In this document: positions 62,862-64,000 of the stretch, piece by piece
Layout: every line of letters begins with the position of its first letter
Position numbering within the stretch: the first letter of the stretch is position 1
Assembly (NCBI GenBank): GCA_964016885.1
Contig: OZ024741.1
Span: 357,864,001 to 357,928,000, forward strand
Direction of reading: 5' to 3'
Origin: Eledone cirrhosa
Lineage: Eukaryota
DNA: 64,000 nt
Position numbers and translations under genes: made by a program
Notes under the pieces: generated by a model
Seen by the model: the letters and a program-made list of their open reading frames with translations, nothing else
What the model was told of the DNA's origin: nothing
The model's database searches: none

Positions 62862-63344
62862 TTCCATTCTATGTTCATTAATTTGTTTTCTTTGTACTAT
62901 TTTGGACTTAACAATCTGTATTATATACTTCTTAATTACTGTGTTGCCAATATAATAGTCAATTTCAGAGAAGAATAGTTCTTTCAGGAAATGAAAGACA
63001 AAGTAGAAAGAAAACATCAACATGGCTGAACACTTGTCACTCATTGCCTCTATTCACCTGTATTTTAAAATTTTGCCCTTTGCCAAATGCTGCATTATGG
63101 TAAAGTTATTTTAAAATTTGTAAGCTTAACCATTTTGTTTTCTATAATGACCAAATAAAAAGATTTCCTATATATGGACTCGTAACTCCTAGTGGAATCA
63201 GAGGGGTGCCGAAGTGACAAATGCATTTATTGGACATTTTAAAGCTGGCAGGGCACATCCCCTCTCCAGGTCTGATCACAGCCAATTTCTTCCAGAGAAG
63301 GAGAGAGCGAATGACAGCGAGGAAGAGATATAGAGGAGGAATTC

Positions 63345-63500
63345 TCCCCAGTACTAGACTGGTACTCTTTTTTATCAACTTTGAAATTATGAAAGGCAAA
63401 GCTGATCTCAGTGGGATTTGAACTCACAACACAGAGAGCTGGAATATACACTGCAAAGCACTCTATCCAATGCTCTAATGATTCTACAAATTTGCCACCT
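63345..63500 (-). mobile_element. Diverged tRNA-derived SINE
   Basis: GACTGGTACT...ATGAAAGGCAAAG...GGGATTTGAACTC...TTTGCCACC, same layout as 51045-51233. Confidence 0.65.
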
Positions 63501-63521
63501 ATATATATAAATATAAGTATA

Positions 63522-63792
63522 CAGAGGAACCTTGGTTTATGAACTTAATTTGTTCCTGAAGGCCGTTTGTCACCTGAAATGCTCGTAAACCGAAACTATT
63601 TTCCCATACAAAATGTTGAGTGAGAAATAGTGAGAGAGAGACTGAGTATGAAAGACAGATAGATATCACCATAGAAACTAACTACACAGCAAGTGATGTT
63701 TTCCTGCCATTACTCCCAGCTTGTCATCAACCGTTGTTGCCAGCTTGCATATTCGTTACTCAAGATACCATTCGTGAACCGAGGTTGCACTG
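63522..63792. mobile_element. Tigger/pogo-like (Tc1/mariner) MITE, 271 bp
   Basis: TA|CAGAGGAACCTTGGTTTATGAA...TTCGTGAACCGAGGTTGCACTG|TA, with imperfect 22-bp TIRs and a TA TSD. Confidence 0.8.
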
Positions 63793-64000
63793 TATATGAA
63801 AATTGAATTAGAAGATTCTGCCATAGCTTTGACTAAATAAAATAGTCTGATAATTATGGGGTGTATAAACCTACTGAATGGAAAAAGTTGGGTACTGATG
63901 CCCATCTTTTCCTGTTAAGTGAATTTATACTCCCCATTATTATTAGACAATTTTATTAGTCAGTTACAGCCAATACTTCTAATTTAATTTTCAAATTCCA

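Noticed and set aside
57896-63451. Remaining short ORFs (57896-58171, 61672-61872, 62287-62571, 62838-63451) as LRP5/6 exon 1 or other genes
   Set aside because: No recognisable domains, no signal-peptide exon with a phase-1 donor that I could support, and several overlap repeats. Exon 1 is probably beyond the window.

Overview
This is eukaryotic (animal) genomic DNA, probably a mollusc and most likely an octopod cephalopod. That guess rests on the AT-rich introns, the (AT)n/(GT)n/(CAT)n microsatellites, RTE LINEs and tRNA-derived SINEs. The only real host coding sequence is one internal exon (56886-57276, minus strand) of an LRP5/6 (arrow) Wnt co-receptor gene, matching vertebrate exon 2 (first YWTD beta-propeller). 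I found no following exon, so 1-56885 appears to be intron 2. About 46.6 kb of that intron (2161-48750) is one head-to-tail 30-bp minisatellite (~1,550 copies of TGGTGGGAAAGAGCAGTCTATACCATGTAA) with nested higher-order duplications of 990 bp, ~1.9 kb, ~8.27 kb and an apparently exact 9,445 bp. The long repetitive ORFs in the track are by-products of this repeat. The flanks hold a dead 5'-truncated RTE LINE, SINEs, piggyBac- and Tigger-like MITEs and several inverted-repeat pairs. One ~335-bp inverted pair brackets the LRP5/6 exon, an architecture that favours back-splicing. I cannot demonstrate a new biological system from sequence alone. The best leads are the intronic giant satellite with a CSL/Su(H)-like core in nearly every monomer and the inverted repeats around exon 2.
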